NCBI GenBank assembly: GCA_964592745.1 | Contig: CAZQFL010000006.1 | Coordinates: forward strand, 4,942 to 68,941 | DNA from: an uncultured Desulfurococcaceae archaeon | GTDB lineage: Archaea > Thermoproteota > Thermoprotei_A > Sulfolobales > NBVN01 | Length of the DNA: 64,000 nucleotides | Direction of reading: 5' to 3' | Shown: piece by piece, positions 27,036 through 43,005 of the stretch | Layout of the letters: each line of letters starts with the position of its first letter | Numbering within the stretch: the stretch's first letter is position 1 | Program-made: the position numbers and the translations under genes | The notes under the pieces: generated by a model | What the model was told of the DNA's origin: nothing | Seen by the model: only the letters and a program-made list of their open reading frames with translations | Database searches by the model: none

Positions 27036-27995
27036 ATGGGTTCAGGTACGGTAATTGTTACTGGTGGTGCTGGATTTATAGGTAGCGCTACTTGTGAGTT
27101 ATTACGTAAAGTATATGACGTAATAATTGTTGATAACTTATACTCGGGTAGTATCGATAACATAAAGCATTTATTACGTTTTGATAATGTTAAATTCATT
27201 AAGATGGACGTTACAGATCATGATGAATTTCTACGTAAGTTAAAGCCGTTAGTTAAGGACGTAAGTGGTGTTATTCACTTAGCTTCCATAGTAAATATAG
27301 ATGAAGTTAACGCTAATCCTAGAAGAGCCTTAGAAGTTAATGTTCTTGGTACCATTAATGTATTGGAATTCATGCGTAGATTTGACATAAATAGAATAGT
27401 TTATGCTTCAAGTGTTGCAGTATATGGTGAGCCTGAATACTTACCCATAGATGAGAATCACCCATTAAAGCCGAGAAATCTTTATGGCCTTACCAAGCTC
27501 ATGTGTGAACAATTGCTTTGGAGATACTATGAGGATTATGGAATTAAGTTCATTGCTTTAAGGTACTTTAATGTGTATGGACCTAGAATGAGGCCAGGTC
27601 AGTATGGTAGTGTTATATATAAATTCATAGTATCTCTACTCAAGGATGAGACACCAATAATTTATGGTGACGGTAATCAGACAAGGGATTTCATTTATGT
27701 TTATGACGTCGCTGAAGCGAATATGAAAGCTCTCGACAGTGATTATGTTGGAGCACTCAATATAGGTACAGGTCGTGAAGTATCAATTAACGAGCTTTAT
27801 AATATCTTATGTAGGCTCCTAAGTAAGCGCATAAAACCTAAAAGAGAACCTCCAAGAATAGGTGATGTTAGGAGGTCAAGAGCTAATATAGAGAAGGCTA
27901 AGAAGATACTTAAATGGAGACCCAAAGTTGATTTGTTAACAGGTTTAAGATACACAATAAACTTTTATGAGAGAGTTATAAGTAAAAAAGCTTAA
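27036..27995 (+). CDS. NAD-dependent sugar epimerase/dehydratase (GalE-like SDR)
   Basis: VTGGAGFIGS Rossmann motif and YGLTK catalytic YxxxK. The track start at 26817 is rejected because it overlaps the convergent upstream gene. Confidence 0.85.
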   Translation: MGSGTVIVTGGAGFIGSATCELLRKVYDVIIVDNLYSGSIDNIKHLLRFDNVKFIKMDVTDHDEFLRKLKPLVKDVSGVIHLASIVNIDEVNANPRRALEVNVLGTINVLEFMRRFDINRIVYASSVAVYGEPEYLPIDENHPLKPRNLYGLTKLMCEQLLWRYYEDYGIKFIALRYFNVYGPRMRPGQYGSVIYKFIVSLLKDETPIIYGDGNQTRDFIYVYDVAEANMKALDSDYVGALNIGTGREVSINELYNILCRLLSKRIKPKREPPRIGDVRRSRANIEKAKKILKWRPKVDLLTGLRYTINFYERVISKKA

Positions 27996-28015
27996 CACCT
28001 ACTCTTAAGAATCTA

Positions 28016-28705
28016 GTGGTGGTTACTATTAGGTACTTAGTAGTTAGTGATATCCATGGAAATGTGAGGAGTCTTAAGGCAGTTATTGAGAGCGAATTAA
28101 ACAGTATAGATGCATTATTAGTTGCAGGTGATTTATCAAGTTATAGTGGTAAGTACATAGATGTGCTTAAGGTGCTGAACACTGTAGCATTAAAGAATAA
28201 GAAAGTTATTGTGGTGATAGGTAATATGGATAGCCCAGACTTAATTAATGTTATAAATAATAGCTATCCAAGTATTACATGTTTACATGGAACCATCACA
28301 AAGTTAGGGAATATAACTATTGCAGGATTAAGTGGTGGTCTTTACTCACCCTTCAATACGCCATTTGAGTTGAGCGAGAATGACTTTGAAAGGTTAATCG
28401 CTAATATAGTGAAGGAGATAGGTAATATTGGGAATGAATATTTAGTTTTATTGTCACATACGCCACCATTCGGAACAAAAGTAGATTTAACTTTTACAGG
28501 TCTTCACGTTGGATCTAAGAGTATTAGAAAATTTATTGAGGAGTTTAAGCCTCTAACGGTAATTTCCGGTCATATACATGAAGCTAGGGGTGTAGATAAA
28601 TTAGGTAACACATTAATAGTTAATCCGGGACCTCTCTTTAAAGGTTATTATGCAATATTGAATATCGAAGAAAAGAACGTAAAGGTAAACCTTAAGAAGC
28701 TATAG
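28016..28705 (+). CDS. Calcineurin-like metallophosphoesterase
   Basis: Motifs VVSDIHGN, AGDL, GNMD, SHTPP and GHIHE. Confidence 0.8.
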   Translation: MVVTIRYLVVSDIHGNVRSLKAVIESELNSIDALLVAGDLSSYSGKYIDVLKVLNTVALKNKKVIVVIGNMDSPDLINVINNSYPSITCLHGTITKLGNITIAGLSGGLYSPFNTPFELSENDFERLIANIVKEIGNIGNEYLVLLSHTPPFGTKVDLTFTGLHVGSKSIRKFIEEFKPLTVISGHIHEARGVDKLGNTLIVNPGPLFKGYYAILNIEEKNVKVNLKKL

Positions 28706-28777
28706 ATTATTGGTTAGGAATAGATTGTAACAGTTAAGTAAATAGCGAATTACAAACCTATAGGTTAGAATTTCTAA

Positions 28778-29030
28778 TACATTCTTGTTAGTGTTAATGA
28801 GGAATTCAAAGTAAGAGTGAATATAGGCCCACATCTAAACACCCTAGAACATCGCATAAGGAGACTTGAGCTTTACCTTTACAAGGAGGGAAGGAAGTTT
28901 TAATCCAGTACTATTAGCTACCATTGAGTTAACGCCTCAGCACATGGAACCTAAGCTCGAATTAACACTTAAACTAAGGAAAAGTGGAATTCTTTATGCT
29001 ATTGCCTACCGCAATATTCACGGGTTATAG
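28778..29030 (+). pseudogene. sor: Superoxide reductase (neelaredoxin-type) remnant
   Basis: Two pieces lie in different frames. Piece 1: ...EEFKVRVNIGPHLNTLEHRIRRLELYLYKEGRKF*. Piece 2: PVLLATIELTPQHMEPKLELTLKLRKSGILYAIAYRNIHGL*. They match the SOR His-ligand block and the C-terminal YCNxHGLW block, but the ligand Cys is Arg and the N-terminus is missing. Confidence 0.65.
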
Positions 29031-29379
29031 AAGAATAGAAAGGAGGTTAAAGTAAAGTAATTTTTAAATTTTAGTAATTTCTATGCCTAATAGGTAAGTG
29101 ATTACACAAGCACAAATCAGCGATGACAAACTCATTTTATAATCTTGAAACATGTTGAAATAGCTATCACAAGCTACAATGCTTCAGAAGATATTCCAAC
29201 TAATCCTTTCCTAAGTTCATTCTCACGCATTAACTCATCCTTAGTATCATGTTTCAATTTAATAACTTCCTCATAGCTTGATTTACTATTTTCAAGAGGC
29301 TTTAATGCTAGGAGTACTTGACTTATAATAAGTGAAACGTTTAGATAGATGTATATCTGCGACGTATATGGTGTATTAG

Positions 29380-29843
29380 TTAGATGAAATTCTTGAATTA
29401 GTTAAATGTATGTGTGAGAAGGAGAGGTTTTATGCTCATGAACTGTATGAGCTCTCTAAAGAGATTAAACATCCATCACTTAGAACATTAATAAGGGGTA
29501 TTGCTCTTGACTCAGAGAAGCATAGTGTATTCTATGAAGCAGTTATTAACCTACTTAAGCATTATCCCTTAATGATTAAGAGAATCTAGACTTAATATCT
29601 TTAAGAATTAGGGAACACATTAATTTAGAAAGAGATATGATGGAAATCATTAAGGAATGGTCTGAGAAAGTTACTGATCCTAAACTAAAGCTTATATTTA
29701 CAGCAATCCATGATGAAGTCAAGCATCACGATTTATTACTAAGTATTGAGAAGAATATGGCAAGAGCCATGGGACTAACCAAGGATGAGTTATGAGATAT
29801 GATATGGAAGGATAGCCCAAGACATGGAATGCCAGGAGGATAG
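29380..29843 (+). pseudogene. Ferritin-like (ExxH four-helix-bundle) protein remnant
   Basis: Three segments are separated by a frameshift (about 29587) and an in-frame TGA (29793). Segment 1: ...ELYELSKEIKHPSLRTLIRGIALDSEKHSVFYEAV.... Segment 2: ...LIFTAIHDEVKHHDLLLSIEKNMARAMG.... Segment 3: ...DMIWKDSPRHGMPGG. Confidence 0.4.
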
Positions 29844-29988
29844 CCGCCTTTCCTTAACTAATTACCAAATGTAATGGAGGATAAGTGATTGTAACGTACC
29901 TTCTCCCTCTATAATGATATACCTAGCTTAGGGTTTGGAAAGTAATATGAAGTCCACGTTTAACCAATAAGTAAGCAGTTATGTTTTG

Positions 29989-30076
29989 TGGCGCCGGGGG
30001 CGGGATTCGAACCCGCGCGGGGGTACACCCCACCGGCTCTCAAGGCCGGCCCCTTAGACCGCTCGGGCACCCCGGC
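29989..30076 (-). tRNA. tRNA-Ser (anticodon TGA), long variable arm, CCA encoded
   Basis: Acceptor GCCGGGG/CCCCGGC, anticodon arm CCGGC-CTTGAGA-GCCGG, variable arm TGGGGTGTACCCCCGC, T arm GCGGG-TTCGAAT-CCCGC. Confidence 0.9.
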
Positions 30077-30154
30077 ACCTATAGATTCAATGTGTTCAGA
30101 ACTGAAATAAATTATCTCGTAATTTTACGTTATGTAGGTTTTTACTTGGTCCTG

Positions 30155-30466
30155 TTATCTCAGTAGTTCTAGCTCTATGTATACGTCATCAGGTACTTTA
30201 ACTCTCATTATCTGCTTCATTACTCTCTCATCAGCTGCTATGTCTATTAACCTCTTATGTATTCTTAACTCCCACTTCTCGTAAACCTTAGTTCCTTCAC
30301 CGTGGGGTGGTACTAGTACTGGGACTACTAACCTCTTAGTCGGTAAAGGTACGGGTCCTCTGACTTCTACACCAGCTTTCTTAGCTATCTCAACTAGTTG
30401 ATTAACTACCTCATTTAGATGTTCAACATTAGTGCTCCACAGCCTGATCCTTACCCTACTACTCAT
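30155..30466 (-). CDS. rps10: 30S ribosomal protein S10
   Basis: 103 aa. [42 protein letters not shown]. Downstream of tuf. Confidence 0.9.
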   Translation of the reverse strand: MSSRVRIRLWSTNVEHLNEVVNQLVEIAKKAGVEVRGPVPLPTKRLVVPVLVPPHGEGTKVYEKWELRIHKRLIDIAADERVMKQIMRVKVPDDVYIELELLR

Positions 30467-30511
30467 CGCTTGAGCACCGTAGTCTTTGCTATGTTACAGT
30501 CCTTATAGTGC

Positions 30512-31831
30512 TTACTTACCTCTAATTTCTACCTTCATGGGCTTAACATCTATGACTACACCTATACCTACAGTCTTACCCATATCTCTCATAGCGAACC
30601 TGCCTAATGCTGGGAAGTCCTTGAATCTCTCTATCACCATAGGCTTGATAGGCTTAAACCTAATTATAGCTGATTGACCAGCCTTAATGAACTGTGGATT
30701 CTTCTCAACAACCTTACCTGTTCTTGGATCTACCCTACCAATAATCTCAACTATTCTTGAAGCTATAGATGCTGTATGTGCATGGATCACCGGTGTATAG
30801 CCTACATGTATAGCTGTTGGGTGCCATACCACATACACTCTAGCTGTAAACTCCTCAACAACTGTTGGTGGGTTGGTTAGATGCCCAGCAACATCACCTC
30901 TCCTTATCTGTGTCTTAGATACGCCTCTAACGTTGAATCCTATGTTATCACCTGGTAATGCCTCTTGTAACCTCTCGTGATGCATCTCTATAGATCTAAC
31001 TTCACCAACAACACCTGGAGGCATGAATACTACCTTATCACCAACCTTTAGTACGCCAGTCTCTACTCTACCAACAGGTACTGTACCAACACCTGATATG
31101 CTATATACTTCCTGTATGGGTATTCTTAATGGTTTATCTATAGGCTTTGGCGGTGGCTGAACTGAGTCCATAGCTTGTACTAGTGTCGGCCCTTTATACC
31201 AAGGCATGTTAGGTGAAGGCTCAATTATGTTATCTCCGGTCCATCCAGATACGGGAACGAATGGTATTTTATCAACCTTATATCCTAGCCTACCCATGAA
31301 CTTCTTGAGATCTTTGACAATCTGTTCATACCTCTCCTTACTCCATGGAGGCTCAGTAATGTCCATCTTAGTTATCGCTACAACCATCTGAGTTATACCC
31401 ATGGTGTAAGCGAGCATTATATGCTCTCTTGTCTGGCCCTCAGGACTCATACCAGCCTCAAACTCACCAGGCTTTGCTGAAACTACTAGTAGTGCTACAT
31501 CAGCTTGGCTTGCACCAGTAATCATGTTCTTTATGAAGTCTCTATGACCTGGTGCATCAATTATTGTCCAGTAGTACTTAGGTGTCTCGAATTTCATGAA
31601 CGTTAAAGCTATTGTTAAGCCTCTCTCACGTTCCTCCTTAAGCCTATCTAAGAACCATGCATACTTTTCAGACTCCTTACCAGCCTTCTTAGCTGCTTCC
31701 TCAACCTCCTTAGCTGTCTTCTCATCAATAGCTCCTAGCTTTAATAACATGTGACCTACTAGAGTGCTCTTACCGTGGTCTACGTGACCTATCACGACTA
31801 GATTTAAGTGTTCCTTCTTGGGTCGACTCAT
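30512..31831 (-). CDS. tuf: Translation elongation factor 1-alpha
   Basis: 439 aa. G motifs GHVDHGKST, DAPGHRDF, NKMD-equivalent TKMD. Confidence 0.95.
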   Translation of the reverse strand: MSRPKKEHLNLVVIGHVDHGKSTLVGHMLLKLGAIDEKTAKEVEEAAKKAGKESEKYAWFLDRLKEERERGLTIALTFMKFETPKYYWTIIDAPGHRDFIKNMITGASQADVALLVVSAKPGEFEAGMSPEGQTREHIMLAYTMGITQMVVAITKMDITEPPWSKERYEQIVKDLKKFMGRLGYKVDKIPFVPVSGWTGDNIIEPSPNMPWYKGPTLVQAMDSVQPPPKPIDKPLRIPIQEVYSISGVGTVPVGRVETGVLKVGDKVVFMPPGVVGEVRSIEMHHERLQEALPGDNIGFNVRGVSKTQIRRGDVAGHLTNPPTVVEEFTARVYVVWHPTAIHVGYTPVIHAHTASIASRIVEIIGRVDPRTGKVVEKNPQFIKAGQSAIIRFKPIKPMVIERFKDFPALGRFAMRDMGKTVGIGVVIDVKPMKVEIRGK

Positions 31832-31891
31832 TTACCCTCACCTTATCCAGTACTTTAGATTGTAAAGCTTATAAAAGTTTTATACACCTCA

Positions 31892-32491
31892 TTACCTTGA
31901 GCTTAGTGCGATCCTCTCAATCTCCTCCTTCTTAGATATAGCGTAACTCTTCGGATCGCCCTTAGCTGCTAGTATTATCTCATCAGCTAGGCATTCAGCT
32001 ATGGTCTTTGTTGACCTGAAGGCGGCAAGTCTAGCACCTTCAGCTATGAATCTTAAAGCTAAGTCAACTCTCCTCTGAGGTGATACATCAACTGCTACGT
32101 GATATATTATACCTCCATACATGATCCTAGTAGTTTCCTCTCTAGGTGCTGCATTCTCTATAGCTCTAACAAATACTTGAAGTGGGTTCTCACTGGTTTT
32201 TATATGTATTATTTCGAATGCTCTCTTAACTATGTTGTAAGCTAAGTGTTTCTTCCCGGTATTTCTACCAGGCCTCATAAGCATATTGATAAGTCTCTCA
32301 ACGATTGGTACCTCAGCTTTACCGAATCTTCTATGCTCATGCCTTCCTCCAGTGTGTGGTAGATATACTGGCTTCAATGAGATGTACTTCTTAAGACTAG
32401 GATCTCTAACTACTATTCCTGTATAGCTCCACTTATTAAACAGCTTTATATCTATAGGCTCAGGATTTAGTACCTGCTGCTCCCCACTCAT
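31892..32491 (-). CDS. rps7: 30S ribosomal protein S7
   Basis: 199 aa. Family-typical ...[32 protein letters not shown].... Confidence 0.9.
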   Translation of the reverse strand: MSGEQQVLNPEPIDIKLFNKWSYTGIVVRDPSLKKYISLKPVYLPHTGGRHEHRRFGKAEVPIVERLINMLMRPGRNTGKKHLAYNIVKRAFEIIHIKTSENPLQVFVRAIENAAPREETTRIMYGGIIYHVAVDVSPQRRVDLALRFIAEGARLAAFRSTKTIAECLADEIILAAKGDPKSYAISKKEEIERIALSSR

Positions 32492-32601
32492 CGTACCAGC
32501 CTACACACACATTCATACGAACCTAATTAAGGTTACCTTGAATAGCATAACTCCTAAAAACTTTAAGAGTTATGCATACCTGGTAGTGTGGTAAGGGAGC
32601 T

Positions 32602-33087
32602 ATGCAAAGGAGTATCATAAGAATAGTAGACGTTGAACCCATCATAACTAGGGATGATAATGACCTTGAGATAGGACTACTTAACTGCTATTTAGAGAAC
32701 GGCGATAACTTCATACTCTACAACGTACCACCTGAAATAACTAGGGCTATAGCTAAACTGAGAAGTGAAGATACATATTTCGAGTATAGGTCTGACAATA
32801 GAGAAACAATATTTGAATTACTTATAATGTTATCACCTAGACTTAGAAGTATAGGTAGGCATTTAGGGACAGTCATTATTGATGGTTTTGATGAGAAAAC
32901 AATGACCTATAGGGCCAGCCTATTCCTTGAAGTTGATGGTGTAAGAATAAAGAAGACTATGATACCAAGTCATGCAATATTCTTAGCACTCTTATTTAAT
33001 AAACCTATATATGTAACGGATGATGTTGTAAGGATATCTAAGGAGCTTGAGGAAGGGGATGAAGATTACTTTGAAGTTGATGAGTAA
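32602..33087 (+). CDS. Bifunctional-nuclease (BFN/DUF151)-like protein
   Basis: 161 aa. Pattern ...PPEITRAIAKL...ETIFELL...VIIDGFDEKTMTYRASLFL...MIPSHAIFLALLFNKPIYV resembles the DUF151 fold signature. Assigned from motif recollection only. Confidence 0.5.
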   Translation: MQRSIIRIVDVEPIITRDDNDLEIGLLNCYLENGDNFILYNVPPEITRAIAKLRSEDTYFEYRSDNRETIFELLIMLSPRLRSIGRHLGTVIIDGFDEKTMTYRASLFLEVDGVRIKKTMIPSHAIFLALLFNKPIYVTDDVVRISKELEEGDEDYFEVDE

Positions 33088-33096
33088 TTAACACTA

Positions 33097-33540
33097 TTAC
33101 CTGACAGGTTTCTGCTTCTTACCTTTAATAAGAGCCTCTAATGAAACCCCATTAACCATTATTACCTTATATCTCACGCCAGGTAAGTCACCCATTGACT
33201 TACCTCTACTACCACCTATGCCTGCAATTATGACTTCATCGTGTTCATCAATGAATGTTATACCACCATCGTATGGAACGAAAGCAGTTACAACCTTACC
33301 ATTCTTTACTAACTGAACTCTAACACACTTACGTAGAGCTGAATTGGGCTGACGTGACTCGACACCAACTTTCTCTAGTACAATACCTCGAGCCATCGGC
33401 GCTCCTTCTAATGGGTCATACTTCTCCTTTAACCTTAACATTCTTATTCTAAACTCTCTCTGACTCCATCTAAACTTAAGTCTCTTTAACCTCAATTTCC
33501 TAGCAGCATAGAGTCCTGAAGGTGATTTCTTACCTGCCAA
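33097..33540 (-). CDS. rps12: 30S ribosomal protein S12
   Basis: 147 aa. ...[25 protein letters not shown].... TTG start. Confidence 0.9.
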   Translation of the reverse strand: MAGKKSPSGLYAARKLRLKRLKFRWSQREFRIRMLRLKEKYDPLEGAPMARGIVLEKVGVESRQPNSALRKCVRVQLVKNGKVVTAFVPYDGGITFIDEHDEVIIAGIGGSRGKSMGDLPGVRYKVIMVNGVSLEALIKGKKQKPVR

Positions 33541-33594
33541 TTCCTACACCTATGTAGATTAGCTTTACAAACATCCTTATAAGTCTTATTAAGT

Positions 33595-34026
33595 TTAAAC
33601 AACAGATACTACATCTATATTGAAATATCTCCTTAGAATTAGCTTAGCCTTACTTACATTCCTACCATTCTTACCTATAGCGATACCTTTATCCCTGGGA
33701 TCAACCTTAACGTAGAGTATTCTCCTGCCATCAGGTGTCTTATTTAATGTTATACCTAGTACTCTAGCAGGAATGAAGATATTCTTAACGAAATTTTCTA
33801 GATCGTCAGCCCATTCAACAATCTCTATTCTCTTCCCCAATATCTTAGATAATCTCCTAACATTACGCCCCTTAGATCCTACAGCAATACCTGCTGTACC
33901 TGGTGGTACTATGAATATTATACTATTATTTTCATTATCTATGATACAGTCCCTAGCTGAGATTCCAGTAATGTCGTGTAGTAAAGCCATGAACCTTAAC
34001 TCCTCACTCGTAAGTCTTACTGGCAT
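33595..34026 (-). CDS. nusA: Archaeal NusA-like protein (two KH domains)
   Basis: KH GxxG motifs (IAVGSKGRNV, IAIGKNGRNV). ATG 34026 (MPVRLTSEELRF...) is preferred over the track start at 34062, which overlaps rpl30e. Confidence 0.85.
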   Translation of the reverse strand: MPVRLTSEELRFMALLHDITGISARDCIIDNENNSIIFIVPPGTAGIAVGSKGRNVRRLSKILGKRIEIVEWADDLENFVKNIFIPARVLGITLNKTPDGRRILYVKVDPRDKGIAIGKNGRNVSKAKLILRRYFNIDVVSVV

Positions 34027-34030
34027 ACTT

Positions 34031-38485
<4,455 letters not shown>

Positions 38486-38489
<4 letters not shown>

Positions 38490-41400
38490 TGCTCTTCACC
38501 CTTCATGGACTCTTTCTCAATCTTATCTTTAAGTATGATTCTTGGATAGATGAGCATGCTCATCAACTCCTGTAAGAGTAACTTAAATGCGTAAGAAACT
38601 TTGACAGGATATAGCTTTCCTTTATCACCGTGAATCGGGCATACATACTTACCCTTCCTTCTATCGTACCATCCTATTAATCCACAATCCTCACATACAT
38701 ACACTATAGTCCTGTCAGAGTTCTCTAGAAGTCTCTCTTGCAGTAGTAACGGTGCTCCATGACCTATTAAGCAATCTCTCTCCATCTCACCGAACCTTAA
38801 TCCACCCTCCCTAGCTCTACCCTCAGTAGGCTGTCTCGTTAGTAGCTGTACAGGCCCTCTTGCCCTAGCATGTATCTTGTCTGCAACCATGTGGTGTAGT
38901 CTCTGGTAATATACAATGCCTATGAATACTGGAGTCATTATTAACTCGCCTGTTCTCCCATCATACATAGGTTCGGTACCGTCAGCTGGGTATCCTAGTA
39001 GGAACAACTCCTTCTGTAACTTCTCAGCTTTCTCGCCGTAGAATGGTGTCCCATCAACTAGTCTACCAGCTAGTGCGCCAACCTTACCAGCTATTGACTC
39101 AATTAATTGCCCAACAGTCATTCTTGAGGGTAATGCGTGTGGGTTAATTATTAGGTCTGGAGTTATACCGTCTGGTGTGTAAGGCATGTCATACTGAGGT
39201 ACTAAAAGTCCTATGACGCCTTTCTGACCATGCCTTGAAGCAAACTTATCACCTATCTCTGGTATTCTTAAGTCTCTAACCTTCACTCTGACTAATCTAT
39301 TACCTTCAGCACTCACAGTTATTACTACACTATCAACTATACCTTTATCTCCATGCCTTAGAGTTAGTGAGGTATCCCTCCTAGATACACCCGCTAGACC
39401 GAACTCTCTGTATTCCTCAAGGAATCTTGGTGGTGATGTCTTACCGACTAGGACGTCACCTGATGATACAGGTATCTCAGGACTTATTATACCGTCCTCA
39501 TCGAGTAGTCTGTAATGATCTCTACCCCTATAGCCCCTAACACTTGGATCAGGTATCTCTATTCTATCTCTTTGACCACCCGCATACCTTAATTCTTCAG
39601 TACTGTATTCTCTGAAGAATGTTGATCTAGCTAGCCCTCTCTCTACGGATGACTTATTAATTATTACTGCATCCTCCATGTTGTAGCCTGTAAATGATAG
39701 AACAGCAACAACGAAGTTCTGTCCTGATGGTCTCTCATTGTAACCTATGACATCAAGGAACCTAGTCTGTACTATGGGCTTCTGTGGATAGTGTAGGAAG
39801 TGTGCTCTACTATCGAATCTTAAATGGAAGTTTGATGAGTAGAAACCAACTGCTTGCTTAGCCATTGCTGACTGATAAGCATTACGTGGTGATTGGTTAT
39901 GCTCAGCATAAGGTATAGTGGCTGCCGCAATACCTACAATTGCTGGAGGCCATACTTCTAAATGTGTATGTTCTGGTGTTAAGTCTTCAGGATCTAAAGC
40001 TATGTATGCATCCTCTTCTTCCTCAGCATCTAGGTATTCTATATAACCCATGCGTACTAAATCACTAAAGCTTAGCTCACCCTTCTTTAACCTCTCGATA
40101 ACCTCTTTAGTTATCTTGACTTTACCATTCTCAACAACGAGTAGAGGCCTCCTAACTCTACCTGCATCACAGTTTATGTATACCTCATTTAGGTACTCAG
40201 TCTTTAAGTATGATATGTTTACCTCATGGTGAATCTTACCCTGTCTCCTTAGCTCTCTAATTCTCCTTACAAGATCCGAGCCATCCTCCTTTAAGTAATA
40301 ACCTATTAATGTACCGTCAACAAACACTTTAACATACTTAGTTAAGTTAGCTTCTAATTCTTCATCGCCAGCTCTTAATCTCTGGAATAACTCTTCAATA
40401 GGTACTACACCCAAGTCCTTGAGTAACTCAATTATTGGTCTCGGATCTATACCTACAGATATATGAGCACTTAATGCTAGATTCTTCACTAATCCACAGT
40501 TAGGTCCTTCAGGTGTCTCAAATGGGCATATCCTACCCCACTGTGTTGGGTGTAGGTCTCTAGCCTCAAAGTGTGGCTGACCTCTGCTTAAGGGTGCTAC
40601 AGTCCTTCTTAAGTGGCTATGTGTTGAGATCCAGTTAGTTCTATCAAGTATCTGACTAACACCTGTCCTACCACCAACCCAGTTACCAGTAGCTAATGCG
40701 TGTCTCAACCTATCAGTTACTATGTCAGGTCTCGCTAACGCTCTTAGATTTAACTTCCTACCTCTTAACCTATGTCTCTCAACTTGGTACTTAAAGTCCT
40801 TAATGAATTGCTTAAATGCTACCCTAAATAATTGTGCTAGTAAGTCACCAGCTAGTCTTAATCTTCTGTTAGCGTAGTGGTCCTTATCATCAGGTTTCCT
40901 CCTACCTAGTACTAACTCTAGGAGTTTGTTAGCCATCTGACCTAGGTATAGGGCTTTCTTTATCCTATCAGATGGTGAGGTACCTAAATGTGGTAGGAAG
41001 TAATTATCAATTATCTGTGCTGCTCTCTCTATTCTAGCCTCCCTAGCCTGACCTAGTGCTACTCTTGAACCTATGTAATCTAGGGCATCCTCCTGAGTTC
41101 TTATTTCTCTAGCTTGGAGTAGTGATGGAAGTAATTCATTCTGAATTGCAGGATCTGTTGAGACTGCGAGGACTATATCTCTATCACTTTCTAATCCTAA
41201 CGCCCTCATCATTATTACGAAGGGTATCTTAGTAGGAACTGGTGGGAAGTTTATAACTAATGTACCATCCTTTAATCTATCTAGAATAATAGGTACTCTA
41301 TAACCTGCTGATGCTGAAATGACCTTAGCGGTATGAGTTATGTTTGTACCCTCCTTAGCCTTATCAACAAATACTCTATTGGGTGCTAGATCCTCTTGAG

Positions 41401-41899
41401 TAACTATAACTCTTTCAGAGCCATTAATTATGAAGTAACCACCTGGATCTCTCCAATCCTCACCTATAGCTATCAATTCATCCTTATCCATTCTTGATGT
41501 TGGGTCTAGTACGGATCTAACCATTACTGGTAATTCACCAAGTGGTATCTCCTGCCTTGCTATCTCAACACCATTCTCATATAAGGCAACTACTAACTTC
41601 ATCGGTGCTGCATAAGTTAGGTTTCTAAGTCTAGCCTCCATAGGTGTTAGTCTCTCAATATTACCTTCAACTTCTCTAAACTGAGGTTCACCTATCTTGA
41701 TATCTAAGATTTCAATATATACACCAGGCTGGCTTGCCTCTATACGTCCAATCTCTCTAACTATTTCCTTAATCCATGATGTTACAAAAGCATTATATGA
41801 ATCTAGGTGTTGCCTAACTAGTCCTTTCTCCTTAATGAATGCTTCCATCAGCACCCAACGATCTTCAGGTGTAAGCCATGAGTTTGCATTATTACCCAT
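38486..41899 (-). CDS. rpoB: DNA-directed RNA polymerase subunit B (unsplit)
   Basis: 1137 aa. Motifs ...[12 protein letters not shown]..., ...GEMERD..., and a C-terminal zinc ribbon CEDCG...CPIHG. Confidence 0.95.
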
Positions 41900-41913
41900 A
41901 ATCCCACCACAAA

Positions 41914-42171
41914 TTAACCTGCAACAACAAATCTATAAACAACTATTTTACCCGCTGTTGGTGATTTCCTCTCAATACGTACTATGTCTCCAGGTTTAGC
42001 ACCTATCTCTCTAGCTACGGGATCTGAAGCTCTAATCCATGGTAACTTATCAGGTGTAACGCCTAATTCCTTAAGTACCCTTATTGCTTCTTCAGGTGAT
42101 AATACCTCATGCTTAGGCACTAATTCATGATCTGTAACTTTAAACTTCTTCTTACTCGACATATCCACCAC
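41914..42171 (-). CDS. rpoH: DNA-directed RNA polymerase subunit H
   Basis: 85 aa. ...[40 protein letters not shown].... Heads the rpo operon. Confidence 0.9.
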   Translation of the reverse strand: MVDMSSKKKFKVTDHELVPKHEVLSPEEAIRVLKELGVTPDKLPWIRASDPVAREIGAKPGDIVRIERKSPTAGKIVVYRFVVAG

Positions 42172-42323
42172 TCAACTATTTGGGATTCTGATACACTAAT
42201 TATAAGTTTTAACTCGAAAATAACATAATAGTTGATGTTCTCTAAGTGAGTTACCGAGTTCAAATCCCATAGTTAATATAATATGCATTGTAATCTTTAT
42301 AGGGGGTGAGTATAGAGGTTTAC

Positions 42324-42420
<97 letters not shown>

Positions 42421-42431
42421 CACCCATTTAA

Positions 42432-43005
42432 TTACGGCAGTAAGTACTCCACAGTAATTTTCTTAAGAAGTTCATTGAGAATGGATCTATCAACTAAGAT
42501 TATTGTTCCAATGAATTTTAAGTCAAGCTTAAGTAATTCTATAAATTTCTTCAAATAAGGTGTACATTCCCTGCCTAGTATAGAGTATATAGCTATAGTT
42601 GATGATCCCTTATCTATACCCACCTCTTTTACCAACTCTAAACTCTCATAAATAGGTGTAATAGCTGATGGTATCAAAGCTAAGGGTACATTTAGTCTAA
42701 AGGCTATACCTAATGTTAACAATACTGGAGTATTAGGTGGTGCTATTAAGGCTGTCACACTTGTACCTGTTAATTGGTTTTATAATTTTCATGTAGAAGT
42801 ACAAACTAAGGTAGTTAGTAATTAAGGGGTTACTTAATAATTTTACTAAACTACCGTACTTCTTATTACGTATTAACCTATGTATGAAATCCTTAACTAC
42901 CTCTCTACTCAATAACTTACTAAGGATTCTCTTAGAAGTCTCTTTATCAGGTATAGTTAAGCCATGATAATACTTGCTAAGAGTTGATACTAGTATATCA
43001 AGCAA
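42432..43005 (-). pseudogene. Hypothetical gene split into two overlapping frames (90 aa + 108 aa)
   Basis: ORFs 42733-43005 and 42432-42758 overlap by 26 nt in different frames, and the second has only a GTG start just after a stop. No family recognised. Located directly beside tRNA-Lys. Confidence 0.3.

Noticed and set aside
29981-30166. Track ORF (61 aa, plus strand) with a GC-rich, Gly/Arg/Pro-rich translation
   Set aside because: It is the antisense reading of tRNA-Ser (29989-30076) plus its flanking spacer.
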